A DNA stretch of 64,000 nt from an uncultured Gemmatimonadales bacterium. GTDB taxonomy: Bacteria > Gemmatimonadota > Gemmatimonadetes > Longimicrobiales > RSA9. The translations under genes and the position numbers were made by a program. The notes beneath the pieces are model-generated. The model was not told where the DNA came from. It saw nothing but the letters and a program-made list of their open reading frames with translations, and ran no database searches. The DNA lies in assembly GCA_963708135.1 (NCBI GenBank), contig OY970192.1, forward strand, positions 1,472,001-1,536,000. Reading direction: 5' to 3'. Below are positions 9,695 to 23,558 of this stretch, one piece after another (within the stretch, counting starts at the first letter, position 1; every line of letters starts with the position of its first letter).

Positions 9695-10306
9695 ATTCCG
9701 GGCCTGCTGCGCACCCTCGCGGCGCTGCCGCCACTCGTCAGCTACGTGGTTCTCGGCGTGGGAGCGGCGCTGGAGAACATCGTGCCCCCCGTTCCGGCCG
9801 ACACCTTCGTGCTATTCGGCGCCTTTCTCGCCGCGACGGGCCGCGCCGACCCGCGGCTCGTCTTCGTCACCACGTGGCTGCCGAACGTGGCCTCCGCGAT
9901 CCTCGTCTACGCGCTCTCGCGCCGCTTCGGAGCGCGCCTCTTCGCCACCCGTCCAGGGCGGATGCTGCTGCACCCGCGCCAGATGGCGCGCATCCACGGC
10001 TTCTACCGCCGGTGGGGCGTGGCGGCGATCTTCGTCAGCCGCTTCCTGCCCGGGTTCCGCGCGGTGGTGCCGGTCTTCGCCGGAGTGAGCGGCGTCGGCG
10101 TCTGGCGCGTGTCGCTGCCGATCCTGGGCGCGTCCGGCCTCTGGTACGGCACGCTGGTCTACTTCGGGACGCTCGCCGGCCACAACTGGGCGGCCATCGC
10201 CGCGCTGTTCGTCCGCTACAACCGGTTGCTCCTGTGGGCGGCGCTCGGGCTGGCGCTGCTCCTCGCCGCCTGGTGGGCGCGCACGCGCAGGTCCCCGGAC
10301 GAGTGA
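9695..10306 (+). CDS. DedA family membrane protein (probable ATT start at 9695; first canonical start is GTG 9746)
   Basis: ENIVPPVPAD and SRFLPGFR DedA motifs; hydrophobic profile. Confidence 0.85.
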   Translation: MPGLLRTLAALPPLVSYVVLGVGAALENIVPPVPADTFVLFGAFLAATGRADPRLVFVTTWLPNVASAILVYALSRRFGARLFATRPGRMLLHPRQMARIHGFYRRWGVAAIFVSRFLPGFRAVVPVFAGVSGVGVWRVSLPILGASGLWYGTLVYFGTLAGHNWAAIAALFVRYNRLLLWAALGLALLLAAWWARTRRSPDE

Positions 10307-11190
10307 TGTTCCACCTCACCGCATTCCTGGATCATCTCGGCGTCGAGCGCGGCCTCTCGGCGCGCACGCTGGAGGCGTACGAGCGGGATGTCGGGCGTCT
10401 GATCGATTTCGTGCGGTCGCGCGGAATCACGGAAGTGAAGCAGGTCGGGGCTGGTGAGCTCCGCGACTTCACGTATCACTTGAAGGACCGGGGTCTGCAG
10501 GCCAGCTCGATCCGGCGGACGATCTCGGCCGTCCGCACGTACTTCGCCTTCATGCTGGCGGAGGGGCTCGTCGGAACGGACCCGAGCGACCGACTGGAGC
10601 TGCCGCGCACCTGGCGGCGGCTGCCGGATGTACTGAGCACCGACGACGTGGCGCGGCTGCTGGAGGCGCCCGACCCCGGCCACCGGCTCTACTGGAGGGA
10701 CCGTGCCCTGCTGGAGTTCGCGTACGCGGCGGGGGTGCGCGTGAGCGAGCTGATCTCGCTGCGGCTGCGCGACCTGGCGCTCGAGGAGGGGTTCGCTACG
10801 GTGCTGGGGAAGGGCTCGAAGGAGCGGCTCGTCCCGATCGGCCGGAGCGCGCGGCGGGCGCTCAATGTGTACCTGCGCGAGATCAGGCCGGGGCTGGGAT
10901 CGGGAGGCGGTGGCGGCATCGTCTTCCTCAACGATCGGGGGGGGCCGCTCTCGCGGATGGGGGTCTGGAAGATCCTGCAGAAGCACGTGAAGCGGGCCGG
11001 GCTCACGAAGCGGGTCACGCCGCACACGCTGCGCCACTCCTTCGCCACGCACCTGCTGGAGGGCGGCGCGGACCTGGCGGCCGTGCAGGAGATGCTCGGG
11101 CACGCGGACATCTCGACCACGCAGATCTATACGCACGTGGACCGGGAGTACCTGCGCGACGTGCACCGGCGCTACCACCCGCGCGGGTGA
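10306..11190 (+). CDS. xerD: Tyrosine recombinase XerD
   Basis: [20 protein letters not shown]...[52 protein letters not shown] end. Confidence 0.93.
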   Translation: MFHLTAFLDHLGVERGLSARTLEAYERDVGRLIDFVRSRGITEVKQVGAGELRDFTYHLKDRGLQASSIRRTISAVRTYFAFMLAEGLVGTDPSDRLELPRTWRRLPDVLSTDDVARLLEAPDPGHRLYWRDRALLEFAYAAGVRVSELISLRLRDLALEEGFATVLGKGSKERLVPIGRSARRALNVYLREIRPGLGSGGGGGIVFLNDRGGPLSRMGVWKILQKHVKRAGLTKRVTPHTLRHSFATHLLEGGADLAAVQEMLGHADISTTQIYTHVDREYLRDVHRRYHPRG

Positions 11191-11212
11191 GGGGGCGGTC
11201 TCCGGCGCGCCC

Positions 11213-11241
11213 TTGTTCGGGTGTGGGGCCGCATTTACGTT
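11213..11241 (+). promoter_or_regulatory. Possible sigma70 promoter for the amidotransferase gene
   Basis: TTGTTC, 17-bp spacer, TACGTT. Confidence 0.45.
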
Positions 11242-11299
11242 CCCGTGCCGCCCGCCCGGCACGTGGGCGGGAGGACGAGAGCAGCCAGCGGTGGAGCGA

Positions 11300-11884
11300 A
11301 TGATCCTGGTCATCGACAACTACGACTCGTTCACCTGGAACCTGGTTCAGTACCTTGGCGAGCTCGGCGCCGAGCCGGTGGTGCGGCGCAACGACCAGGT
11401 CTCGCTGGATGAGATCGAGGCGCTGGGGCCGGAGGGGATCGTGATCTCTCCGGGGCCATGCACCCCGGCGGAGGCGGGCGTGAGCGTTGCGTGCGTGCGC
11501 CGCTTCGGGGCGAGCGTCCCGATACTCGGAGTGTGCCTGGGACACCAGGCCGTCGGAGAGGCCTACGGCGCACGGGTGGTGCGGGCGCGGCGCACGATGC
11601 ACGGAAAGGTCTCGCCCGTGCGCCACACCGGGGCCGGGCTCTTCGAGGGGCTGCCGGTGCCGCTGCGCGCGACGCGCTACCACTCGCTGGTGATCGAGCG
11701 CGAGACGCTTCCCGAGGGGCTCGAGATCGTGGCGTGGACGGACGAGCCGGGCTGGGAGGACGAGATCCAGGCAGTGCGCCACCGCCGCCACCCGGTGTGG
11801 GGGGTGCAGTTCCACCCGGAGTCGATCGCCAGCGAGGCGGGTCGCGCGCTGCTCGGGAACTTCCTCGCGCTCGCGGCGTCGTGA
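11300..11884 (+). CDS. Anthranilate/aminodeoxychorismate synthase component II (TrpG/PabA glutamine amidotransferase)
   Basis: [37 protein letters not shown]. Confidence 0.95.
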   Translation: MILVIDNYDSFTWNLVQYLGELGAEPVVRRNDQVSLDEIEALGPEGIVISPGPCTPAEAGVSVACVRRFGASVPILGVCLGHQAVGEAYGARVVRARRTMHGKVSPVRHTGAGLFEGLPVPLRATRYHSLVIERETLPEGLEIVAWTDEPGWEDEIQAVRHRRHPVWGVQFHPESIASEAGRALLGNFLALAAS

Positions 11885-13419
11885 TCCGGCGCCGGCGTGC
11901 GACGGCGCTGGCGGTGCTGGCGCTCGGGTCGGTAGTGGCGGCGCCCCGCAGCGCGCGGGCGCAGGAGGCGCCACGGGTCACCCGCACGGGCCAGGGCGAC
12001 CCCGCCGCGGACGCCCACATCGACGCCCTCCTCGCCCGCGGCGGCTACCTTCTCCTCACGCGGGACACCGTCATCGCGCGGGGCGACACGGTGCATCGCC
12101 CGGTGCTCGCGCTGGGCGCGAAGCTCGCGCTCGAGGGCACCGTGGCCGGGGAGCTCGTCGGCGTGACGGCGAACCTCTTCCTGCGCCCCGGCGCGGTGGT
12201 GCAGGGCGCGGTAGTGAACGCGGGCGGCGGGCTCTACCCCTCGGACCAGGCGCATATCGAGGGCGACACGATCGACGCGGCACTCGCCCCCTACGCCGTC
12301 GAACGCACCTCCGGCGGCTACACGATCGTGGGGCAGCTGAAGGGGCCGCCGCTGGTGTCGCTGGACGCGCTGAAAGGGTTCCACGCACCGGCCTACGACC
12401 GCGTCGATGGGCTCTGGCTCCAGTGGGGCGCGAGGCTGAACCTGCCCGGCGTCGGCCGCCTGCATCCCTTCCTGCACGGGGTCGTGGGCTACCGGGGACA
12501 GCTCCAGGATGCCACCGCCACGCTCGAGGCCGGCGCGGCTCGCGGCGGGACCCGCCTCACCCTCGGCGTCGAGCGCCTCACCGCCACGCCCGATGCCTGG
12601 ATCCGCGGCACGCTGCTGAACGATCTGTCGTTTCTGGCGGATGGCAGCGACTACCGCAACTACTACGACGCCGATCGCGCGTACGCGCGGCTCGGGCGCA
12701 CCTCGTCCCGGGGGCCGTGGAGGGTGACCGGCAGCGTCCGCGCCCAACTCGAGCGGGCCCGCTCCCTCGAGACCCACGACGCCTTCGTCATCGTCCGGCC
12801 GGGGAAGGCGCCCGACGACTCGCTCAGGACCAACCCCGCGATCGACGAGGGCGATATCGCGAGCATCACCGGCCGGCTCGAGGGTCGCTGGCAGGGGCCG
12901 AGCGCCACCTTCTGGGGCGGAGTGGAAGCGGAGGGCGCGCCCGCGCTCGGCGGCACCGATTTCTCCTTCGCGCGCTATGCGACGTGGGGGGACTGGCGCA
13001 TGAACGCGCTGGCCAACCACACGCTCGATGTGCGCTGGCGCTTCCAGGGGCCGCTCCCGGGCACGAGCTCTCTGCCGCACCAGCGGTGGACGTTCGCCGG
13101 CGGCTCGCCGACGATCTTCACCGAGCGCATCGGCCGCTACCCGGGGGACCGGCTGACCTGGGTCGAGACCGAGTACGTCATCCCCGGCGACCCGCAGCTC
13201 GCACTCCCCATCGTGGGCTCGCCCGCCCTCATCCTGCTGCACAGCGCGGCCATGGCATGGAGCCACGGCGAGCACCCCAGGCTGGTGCAGAACATCGGAA
13301 TCGGCGTGCGCGTCCTTCTCTTCGAGGTGCGTGCCGTCACCAACCCCGCCCGCCCGTCCGCGGACGCCCAGCTGGACATCGGCTTCTCGCAGGAGGTGCA
13401 GCGTCTCGGGCTGCCCTGA
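11881..13419 (+). CDS. Exported protein: N-terminal beta-helix-like segment and C-terminal predicted outer-membrane beta-barrel
   Basis: Signal peptide ending ARA-Q; repeating V/G segment ([19 protein letters not shown]); YDRVDGL followed by amphipathic aromatic strands. Confidence 0.7.
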   Translation: MIRRRRATALAVLALGSVVAAPRSARAQEAPRVTRTGQGDPAADAHIDALLARGGYLLLTRDTVIARGDTVHRPVLALGAKLALEGTVAGELVGVTANLFLRPGAVVQGAVVNAGGGLYPSDQAHIEGDTIDAALAPYAVERTSGGYTIVGQLKGPPLVSLDALKGFHAPAYDRVDGLWLQWGARLNLPGVGRLHPFLHGVVGYRGQLQDATATLEAGAARGGTRLTLGVERLTATPDAWIRGTLLNDLSFLADGSDYRNYYDADRAYARLGRTSSRGPWRVTGSVRAQLERARSLETHDAFVIVRPGKAPDDSLRTNPAIDEGDIASITGRLEGRWQGPSATFWGGVEAEGAPALGGTDFSFARYATWGDWRMNALANHTLDVRWRFQGPLPGTSSLPHQRWTFAGGSPTIFTERIGRYPGDRLTWVETEYVIPGDPQLALPIVGSPALILLHSAAMAWSHGEHPRLVQNIGIGVRVLLFEVRAVTNPARPSADAQLDIGFSQEVQRLGLP

Positions 13420-13425
13420 GGCGCT

Positions 13426-13454
13426 TTGACAGGAGGGCCGGCGGAGGTTAGATT
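13426..13454 (+). promoter_or_regulatory. Sigma70 promoter for the kdsB-pyrG-kds-lpt-rpoN block
   Basis: TTGACA (13426-13431), 17-bp spacer, TAGATT (13449-13454). Confidence 0.75.
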
Positions 13455-13508
13455 TGTGGGCGTGAATTTTGCGTGGGCGGCGGCCCTTTTTTCGCATAAG
13501 ATGGGCGC

Positions 13509-16870
<3,362 letters not shown>

Positions 16871-16874
<4 letters not shown>

Positions 16875-17478
16875 GCCGGGGGATCGCGGCGGAGCTCGCG
16901 GCGCGGGTCCGCCTCGTCCTGCTCGATGTGGACGGCGTCCTGACCGACGGGGCGATCTACGCCGGCGCCACCGAGGACGGGACGGCCGTGGAGCTCAAGC
17001 GCTTCGAGATCACGGACCAGCTCGGCATCAAGATGCTGCAGCGGGCGGGCATTCCGGTCATCTTCGTCAGCGGGCGTGAGTCCGCGGCCACGCGGATCAG
17101 GGCGGCGGAGCTCGGCGTCGAGCAGCAGCAGATCCCGGGCGGCTTCAAGCTGGGCGCCGTCGAGCGGCTGCTGGCCGAGCGCGGCGTGGACTGGGACGGC
17201 GTGGCCTTCGTGGGGGACGACCTGGCCGACCTGTCGGTGATGCGTCGTGCGGGACTCCCCGTCGCGGTCCGGAACGCGGTGCCGGAAGTGCGCGCCGCGG
17301 CCCGCTGGCGGACCTCGGTGCCCGGCGGCCACGGCGCCGTGCGCGAGTTCGCGGAGGCGCTGCTGCGCGGCCGCGGCTCGTGGAGCGAGCTGGTGGAGGC
17401 GTACGTGGCGGAGCGCGAGGGGCGCTCCGCGGCGCCCGAGGGTGCCGCACGTGCGCCCGGTGGGGCGGGGGAGGCGGC

Positions 17479-17482
<4 letters not shown>
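16871..17482 (+). CDS. kdsC: KDO 8-phosphate phosphatase (HAD)
   Basis: LDVDGVLTDG, VGDDLAD, GGHGAVRE. Confidence 0.93.
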
Positions 17483-18489
<1,007 letters not shown>

Positions 18490-18497
18490 TGAATCCT

Positions 18498-19040
18498 ATG
18501 AAGCACTTGGCGTTTTTCAGCGCTGTCGTCGTGGTGCTCGCAGGGTGCAGCGGCGGCGCCCAGGAGCCGACGGCGGGCGAGGGCTACCGCGCCCTGGCGG
18601 CGGATCAGGTGATGGAGGGGGTCCATCACTACTTCACCGCGGATGGTGTGCGGCGCGGCGAGCTCACGGCCGACTCGGCCTACATGTACGACGACTCCGC
18701 GCGAGCGGATCTGCGCGGGGTCCACCTGAAGATGTTCGACACGCAGGGGCGGGAGACGGCCACGCTGACCTCGCGCTCCGGCGTCGTCAACAACCGTACG
18801 CAGGCCATGGTGGCGCGCGGGGGCGTCGTGCTGGTCACGACGGAGGGGAACAAGCGGATCGAAACCGAAGAGCTGCACTACGACCCGAACACGCACCGGA
18901 TCTGGAGCACGGTGGCGAGCACGCTCCAGCAGAACGGCACGCGCGTGACCGGGGACGGCTTCACCGCGGACGACCAGATGCACAACCTGCAGATGACGCA
19001 TCCGCGCGGGAAGGTCGAGGGCATGAAGGTGCAGTTCTGA
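18498..19040 (+). CDS. lptC: LPS export protein LptC with lipoprotein signal (alternative starts 18486/18489)
   Basis: Located between kdsD and lptA/lptB; beta-jellyroll-like sequence (LTADSAY, IETEELHYD, VTGDGFTAD); lipobox LAGC. Confidence 0.85.
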   Translation: MKHLAFFSAVVVVLAGCSGGAQEPTAGEGYRALAADQVMEGVHHYFTADGVRRGELTADSAYMYDDSARADLRGVHLKMFDTQGRETATLTSRSGVVNNRTQAMVARGGVVLVTTEGNKRIETEELHYDPNTHRIWSTVASTLQQNGTRVTGDGFTADDQMHNLQMTHPRGKVEGMKVQF

Positions 19041-20845
19041 TGCGTGCCTCGCTCACGGGCCTGGCGTTCCTCGCCGCCCTGCTCGGCGGCGCCTCCGGCG
19101 CGGCCGCGCAGCAGCAGTGCAACCTGACGTCCGGCGCCAACGCACGCCTCAACCAGGTGAACCCCGGTACGCCGCAGTCGATGATCTTCATCGGCGGCCT
19201 GGCGCAGTTCACCTGCCCGGACGGCAAGGTCATCCGGGGCGACAGCGCGGTGATCGTGGAGTCCACGCAGCAGCGGTTCCTGATCGGCCACGCGTATTAC
19301 TCCGACGCCGAGAAGACGCTGACGGGCGACCGCATGACCTTCTTCGGCCGGGAGGGCAGGCTGACGGCGGAGCAGAACGTGGTGGTCACGGACAAGACGA
19401 ACGGGTCGGTCATCCGCGGGCAGTTCCTGAACTACGCCCAGCCGGCGGCCGGCCAGCCCTCGCGGGCGATCGTCTACGGCAACCGGCCGCACGCCGTGCT
19501 GCACGGAAAGGGCTCGGCGCCGACGCGCGCCCCGGCGGCGGCAAGGGACAGCACGGGCGTGGCAAGGGACAGCACGGGCGCGGCAAGGGACAGCACGGGC
19601 GCGGCAAGGGACAGCACGGGCGCGGCAAGGGACAGCACGGGCGCGGCAAGGGACAGCACGGGCGCGGCAAGGGACAGCACGGCCGCCGCGGCGCGGGACT
19701 CCGCCGCGCGCCGTCCCGCGGCCCCGGATTCCGCCGCGCGTGGCCCGGCGGCCCCGCCGGACACGACGACGACGATCGTGGACGCGGACCAGATGCAGCT
19801 GATCGGGCAGCAGGACTTCCATGCCACGGGGAACGTCAAGCTGGTCCGGGGAGAGCTGAAGGGGGAGGGGCAGCAGATCGACTACTCGCAGGTCAACGGG
19901 CACATGAAGCTGATCGGCAACGCGCGCATGGAGGGCAGCAACTTCACGCTCGAGGCGGGCACGATCGACGGTACCATGAAGGACAACCAGCTCGAGTCCG
20001 TCCGCGCCGAGTCCCGGGGGAAGCTCGTGGCTGACGAGGTGCGCGTGAACGCGCCGGTCATCCAGGTGGCCTTCATCAAGGGCAAGGTGCAGCGGCTGAT
20101 CGCGCTGAGCGCCAAGAGGGCCGATCGTACGGCGACGGACGGGGATGCCCGGGCCGAGGCGCTCGCGCGCGACATGCGGCTGGTGGCGGACTCGATCGAC
20201 GCGCTACTCCCCGAGCAGCGGATGGAGCGGCTGGTGGCGGTGGGCGGCGCGTACGGCGAGCGCACGAACGATTCGATCAAGGCCAAGCTGCCGGAGGTCG
20301 CCTCACGCGACTGGCTGCGCGGCGACACGATCATCGGCGTCTTCGCGCGACCCGGCATGCCGCTGGCCGCGGCCGACTCCGCGCTGGTAGTGGTGGCCGC
20401 GGACACGGCGAGGACGGCCTCCGATTCCGCCGGCGTGGCGGCGGGTGACTCGGCTGGGGCCGCGCATGCCAAAGCGCAGAAGAAGGCCAAGGCCGCGACG
20501 AAGCCCGCGCCGGGAAAGGTGGCGGGGGGACCCGCGGCCGCCGATACCACCGCGGAGCTGCGGGCGGTCGTCGCCCTGGGCGGCTCGACGCCGGCGAGCT
20601 CGATCTACCGGATGCAGGACAGGAAGAAGCCGGACCAAGGCCCCGCCATCAACTACCTGCTGGCGAAACGGATCGCGCTCGCGTTCCGGGACGGCGATGT
20701 CACCGCCGTGCGGGCGCAGGGCGAGATCCGGGGCGTGCACCTGCAGCCGGAGGCGGTGCCGGCGGATAGCACGACGAGCGCGAAGAAGAAGGGCGCGACG
20801 GAGCCCGGCGGCGGAGCCGGCGGGACGCTCGGGGCGCGGCGATGA
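19040..20845 (+). CDS. Extended LptA/OstA-like periplasmic protein with an internal repeat linker
   Basis: Signal peptide AAA-Q; OstA-like strands (IRGDSA, LTAEQNVVV, ATGNVKL); lies between lptC and lptB; 601 aa. Confidence 0.75.
   Translation: MRASLTGLAFLAALLGGASGAAAQQQCNLTSGANARLNQVNPGTPQSMIFIGGLAQFTCPDGKVIRGDSAVIVESTQQRFLIGHAYYSDAEKTLTGDRMTFFGREGRLTAEQNVVVTDKTNGSVIRGQFLNYAQPAAGQPSRAIVYGNRPHAVLHGKGSAPTRAPAAARDSTGVARDSTGAARDSTGAARDSTGAARDSTGAARDSTGAARDSTAAAARDSAARRPAAPDSAARGPAAPPDTTTTIVDADQMQLIGQQDFHATGNVKLVRGELKGEGQQIDYSQVNGHMKLIGNARMEGSNFTLEAGTIDGTMKDNQLESVRAESRGKLVADEVRVNAPVIQVAFIKGKVQRLIALSAKRADRTATDGDARAEALARDMRLVADSIDALLPEQRMERLVAVGGAYGERTNDSIKAKLPEVASRDWLRGDTIIGVFARPGMPLAAADSALVVVAADTARTASDSAGVAAGDSAGAAHAKAQKKAKAATKPAPGKVAGGPAAADTTAELRAVVALGGSTPASSIYRMQDRKKPDQGPAINYLLAKRIALAFRDGDVTAVRAQGEIRGVHLQPEAVPADSTTSAKKKGATEPGGGAGGTLGARR
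19538..19684 (+). repeat. Coding tandem repeat, 7 x 21 bp (GCGGCAAGGGACAGCACGGGC), encoding (AARDSTG)n
   Basis: Seven consecutive near-identical units; copy 2 starts GTG and copy 7 ends GCC. Confidence 0.97.
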
Positions 20846-22071
20846 ACGCGACGACGGTGCAGGCCTTCGCGGCAGGGCTCCGCCCGCACGAGAGCTCGGT
20901 GGGCCTGGCTTTGGTGGAGCTGCTGCAGAGGGCGGACGGGCAGGGAGTCGTGGAGCGCGGCTCGTGGCTCGCGGGCGTGCGGAACGCGTTTGCGCGGACG
21001 ACGGCGCAACATGACGGCGGGGAGGGCGAGGGCGAGCTGGTCCACGGCGCGCTCGAGTCGCAGGAGGAGCTGGTGCGCTACCTGGAAGAGCACGTGGTGG
21101 CGAGGCTGGAGGCGCAGCGGATCGCGTCGGCGGAGCCGGCGGGCGAAGGATGGGAGCACGTGCGCTTCGATCCGGAGCTCTGGGCGCAGCTCTTACCGCG
21201 GCGGGAGGCGGTGCTGGAGGAGCTGCAGCAGTCGGTAAGGATCTTGCTTGACGGGCGGGCCTACGGAGCCCCGGCGGCCGAGCGCGCGGCGCCCGCGCTC
21301 GTGGAGGGCGGGAGCACGCTCACGGCGAGCGGCATGGTCAAGGTGTTCCGGAAGCGGAAGGTCGTCAACGACGTGGACGTCCACGTCGCGCAGGGCGAGA
21401 TCGTGGGGCTGCTGGGGCCGAACGGGGCGGGGAAGACGACGACCTTCTACATGATCGTCGGACTCATCACGCCGAATGCGGGCAAGGTCTTCATCGATGA
21501 CGAGGAGCTGACCAGCGTGCCAATGTACCGTCGCGCACGCAAGGGGATCGGCTACCTCGCCCAGGAGCCTTCCGTGTTCCGGCGGCTGACGGTGGAGGAG
21601 AACATCCTCGCGATCCTGGAGACAATGCACCTGTCGCGGGGAGAGCGGAAAGCCCGCCTCGAGGTGCTGCTGGACGAGCTGGGACTGAAGCACCTGCGGA
21701 AGGCGAAGGCGTACTCGCTCTCCGGGGGCGAGCGGCGCCGGCTGGAGATCACGCGGGCGCTGGTGAGCGAGCCGAAGTTCATGCTGCTGGATGAGCCGTT
21801 CGCGGGGGTGGACCCGATCGCGGTGCACGACATCCAGCAGATCGTGGCCGGACTTCGCCACCGCGGCATCGGTGTGATCATCACGGACCACAACGTGGAG
21901 CAGACGCTCGACATCGTGGACCGTGCCTACATCATGTACGACGGCCGGGTCCGCGTGTCGGGGACGGTGGCCGAGCTGGTGTGGAACGACGAGGTGGCCG
22001 AGATCTACTTCGGCCCCACGCTGACCGCTCGCATGCGCGAGCGATACCGTCGACCGGAAGTGGTTGTATGA
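20842..22071 (+). CDS. lptB: LPS export ABC ATPase LptB with ~155-aa N-terminal extension
   Basis: GLLGPNGAGKTTTFYM, GYLAQEPSVFR, LSGGERRR, LLDEPFAGVDP, ITDHNV; ATGA overlap with the upstream gene. Confidence 0.93.
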   Translation: MNATTVQAFAAGLRPHESSVGLALVELLQRADGQGVVERGSWLAGVRNAFARTTAQHDGGEGEGELVHGALESQEELVRYLEEHVVARLEAQRIASAEPAGEGWEHVRFDPELWAQLLPRREAVLEELQQSVRILLDGRAYGAPAAERAAPALVEGGSTLTASGMVKVFRKRKVVNDVDVHVAQGEIVGLLGPNGAGKTTTFYMIVGLITPNAGKVFIDDEELTSVPMYRRARKGIGYLAQEPSVFRRLTVEENILAILETMHLSRGERKARLEVLLDELGLKHLRKAKAYSLSGGERRRLEITRALVSEPKFMLLDEPFAGVDPIAVHDIQQIVAGLRHRGIGVIITDHNVEQTLDIVDRAYIMYDGRVRVSGTVAELVWNDEVAEIYFGPTLTARMRERYRRPEVVV

Positions 22072-23531
22072 GCATACGTACGGGGCTGTTCCAGGGGACA
22101 CAGCTCAGGCAGGAGATGAAGATCAATCCGCGCCTGTACCAGGCGATGGATCTTCTCTACATGCCTCTGCTGGACCTGCAGCAGCACATCAAGCAGGAAA
22201 TGCTGAACAATCCGTTCCTCGACCTCGAGGAGCCGGCGGTCGCGGAGGACGAGGCGACGCTGACGGAGCAGCAGAAGGAGAAGGAGGAGAAGGAGAAGGA
22301 GAAGGACGAGGAGATCGACTGGGAGGAGATCCTCCTGGACGGCTTCGAGGCGGGCGGCCGGCGGCAGGAGTACGAGGAGAAGGAGTACTACGAGCCGGTG
22401 CCGGTGGACACGCAGGACCTCTACGACTATCTGCGCGAGCAGCTCACATTGATGCGGCTCTCGGACCGGCAGATGCTGCTGGGCGACGAGATCATCGGCA
22501 ACATCGACGAGGACGGCTACCTGACCTGCTCGGTGGAGGACGTGGTCACCGGGCTGAACAAGTGGATCGAGAGCGAGGAATCGGGGTGGTCGCCGGGGGA
22601 GATTCCGGCCTACTCGGTGGCGGAAGGGGAGGAGATGCTGCAGGTGGTGCAGGGCTTCGATCCTCCGGGGATCGCCGCGCGGGACCTGCGCGAGTGCCTG
22701 CTGCTGCAGATGCGTGACGAGGGGCTGGAGGACACGCTGGCGTTCCGGATCGTGCGCGAGTACTACGACCAGCTGATCAACCACCGGTGGTCGGAGATCT
22801 CGAAGGAGCTCTCGATCACGCCGAAGGACGTGCAGGCGGCGGCGGACGAGGTGGCGAAGCTGGACCCGAAGCCTGGACTCAAGCACTCCGCGCCGGCCGA
22901 CAACTACGTGATCGCGGACCTGATCGTCGACAAGATCGACGGAGAGTACCTGGTCTTCCTGAACGACACGAGCCTGCCGCGGCTGAAGCTGTCGCGGGCG
23001 TATCGCGAGATCGCGAAGGACAAGAACAAGTTCAAGGGGGAGAACAAGGAGTTCATCTCGAACAAGCTGAACAGCGCGAACTGGATGATCCAGGCGATCG
23101 AGCAGCGGCGCCAGACGATGCTGAAGGTCATGAACTTCATCGTGGACCGGCAGCGCGAGTTCTTCGAGAAGGGCGTGCAGTACCTCAAGCCGCTGACGCT
23201 GCGCGAGGTGGCCGAGGTGATCAACATGCACGAGTCGACCGTCTCGCGGGTGACGAACGAGAAGTTCGTGCAGACGCCCAGGGGTGTGCTGCCGCTCAAG
23301 TTCTTCTTCTCGAGCGGGCTGTCCACGACGTCGGGCGAGGACGTCAGCGCGCGCGGGATCAAGGCGAAGATCCAGAAGCTGGTGGACGAGGAGAACCCGA
23401 AGCGGCCGCTGACGGACCAGGCGATCGTGAACATCCTGAAGGAAGAGGGCATCCAGATCGCCCGCCGCACGGTGGCGAAGTACCGCGACCAGCTGGGCAT
23501 CCTCTCGGCGCGGATGCGCAAGCGGGTGTAG
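22068..23531 (+). CDS. rpoN: RNA polymerase sigma-54 factor
   Basis: PLTLREVAE...HESTVSRV, RpoN box ARRTVAKYR. Confidence 0.98.
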   Translation: MSIRTGLFQGTQLRQEMKINPRLYQAMDLLYMPLLDLQQHIKQEMLNNPFLDLEEPAVAEDEATLTEQQKEKEEKEKEKDEEIDWEEILLDGFEAGGRRQEYEEKEYYEPVPVDTQDLYDYLREQLTLMRLSDRQMLLGDEIIGNIDEDGYLTCSVEDVVTGLNKWIESEESGWSPGEIPAYSVAEGEEMLQVVQGFDPPGIAARDLRECLLLQMRDEGLEDTLAFRIVREYYDQLINHRWSEISKELSITPKDVQAAADEVAKLDPKPGLKHSAPADNYVIADLIVDKIDGEYLVFLNDTSLPRLKLSRAYREIAKDKNKFKGENKEFISNKLNSANWMIQAIEQRRQTMLKVMNFIVDRQREFFEKGVQYLKPLTLREVAEVINMHESTVSRVTNEKFVQTPRGVLPLKFFFSSGLSTTSGEDVSARGIKAKIQKLVDEENPKRPLTDQAIVNILKEEGIQIARRTVAKYRDQLGILSARMRKRV

Positions 23532-23558
23532 GCCTCCGGCCTCGGAGCAGGGATCTCG

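Noticed and set aside
10306..11190. Phage or island integrase
   Set aside because: Motifs, length and housekeeping context fit chromosomal XerD. No att repeats or mobile genes are adjacent.
19538..19684. Possible CRISPR array
   Set aside because: The 21-bp units are contiguous with no spacers, are in frame within a CDS, and no cas genes are nearby.
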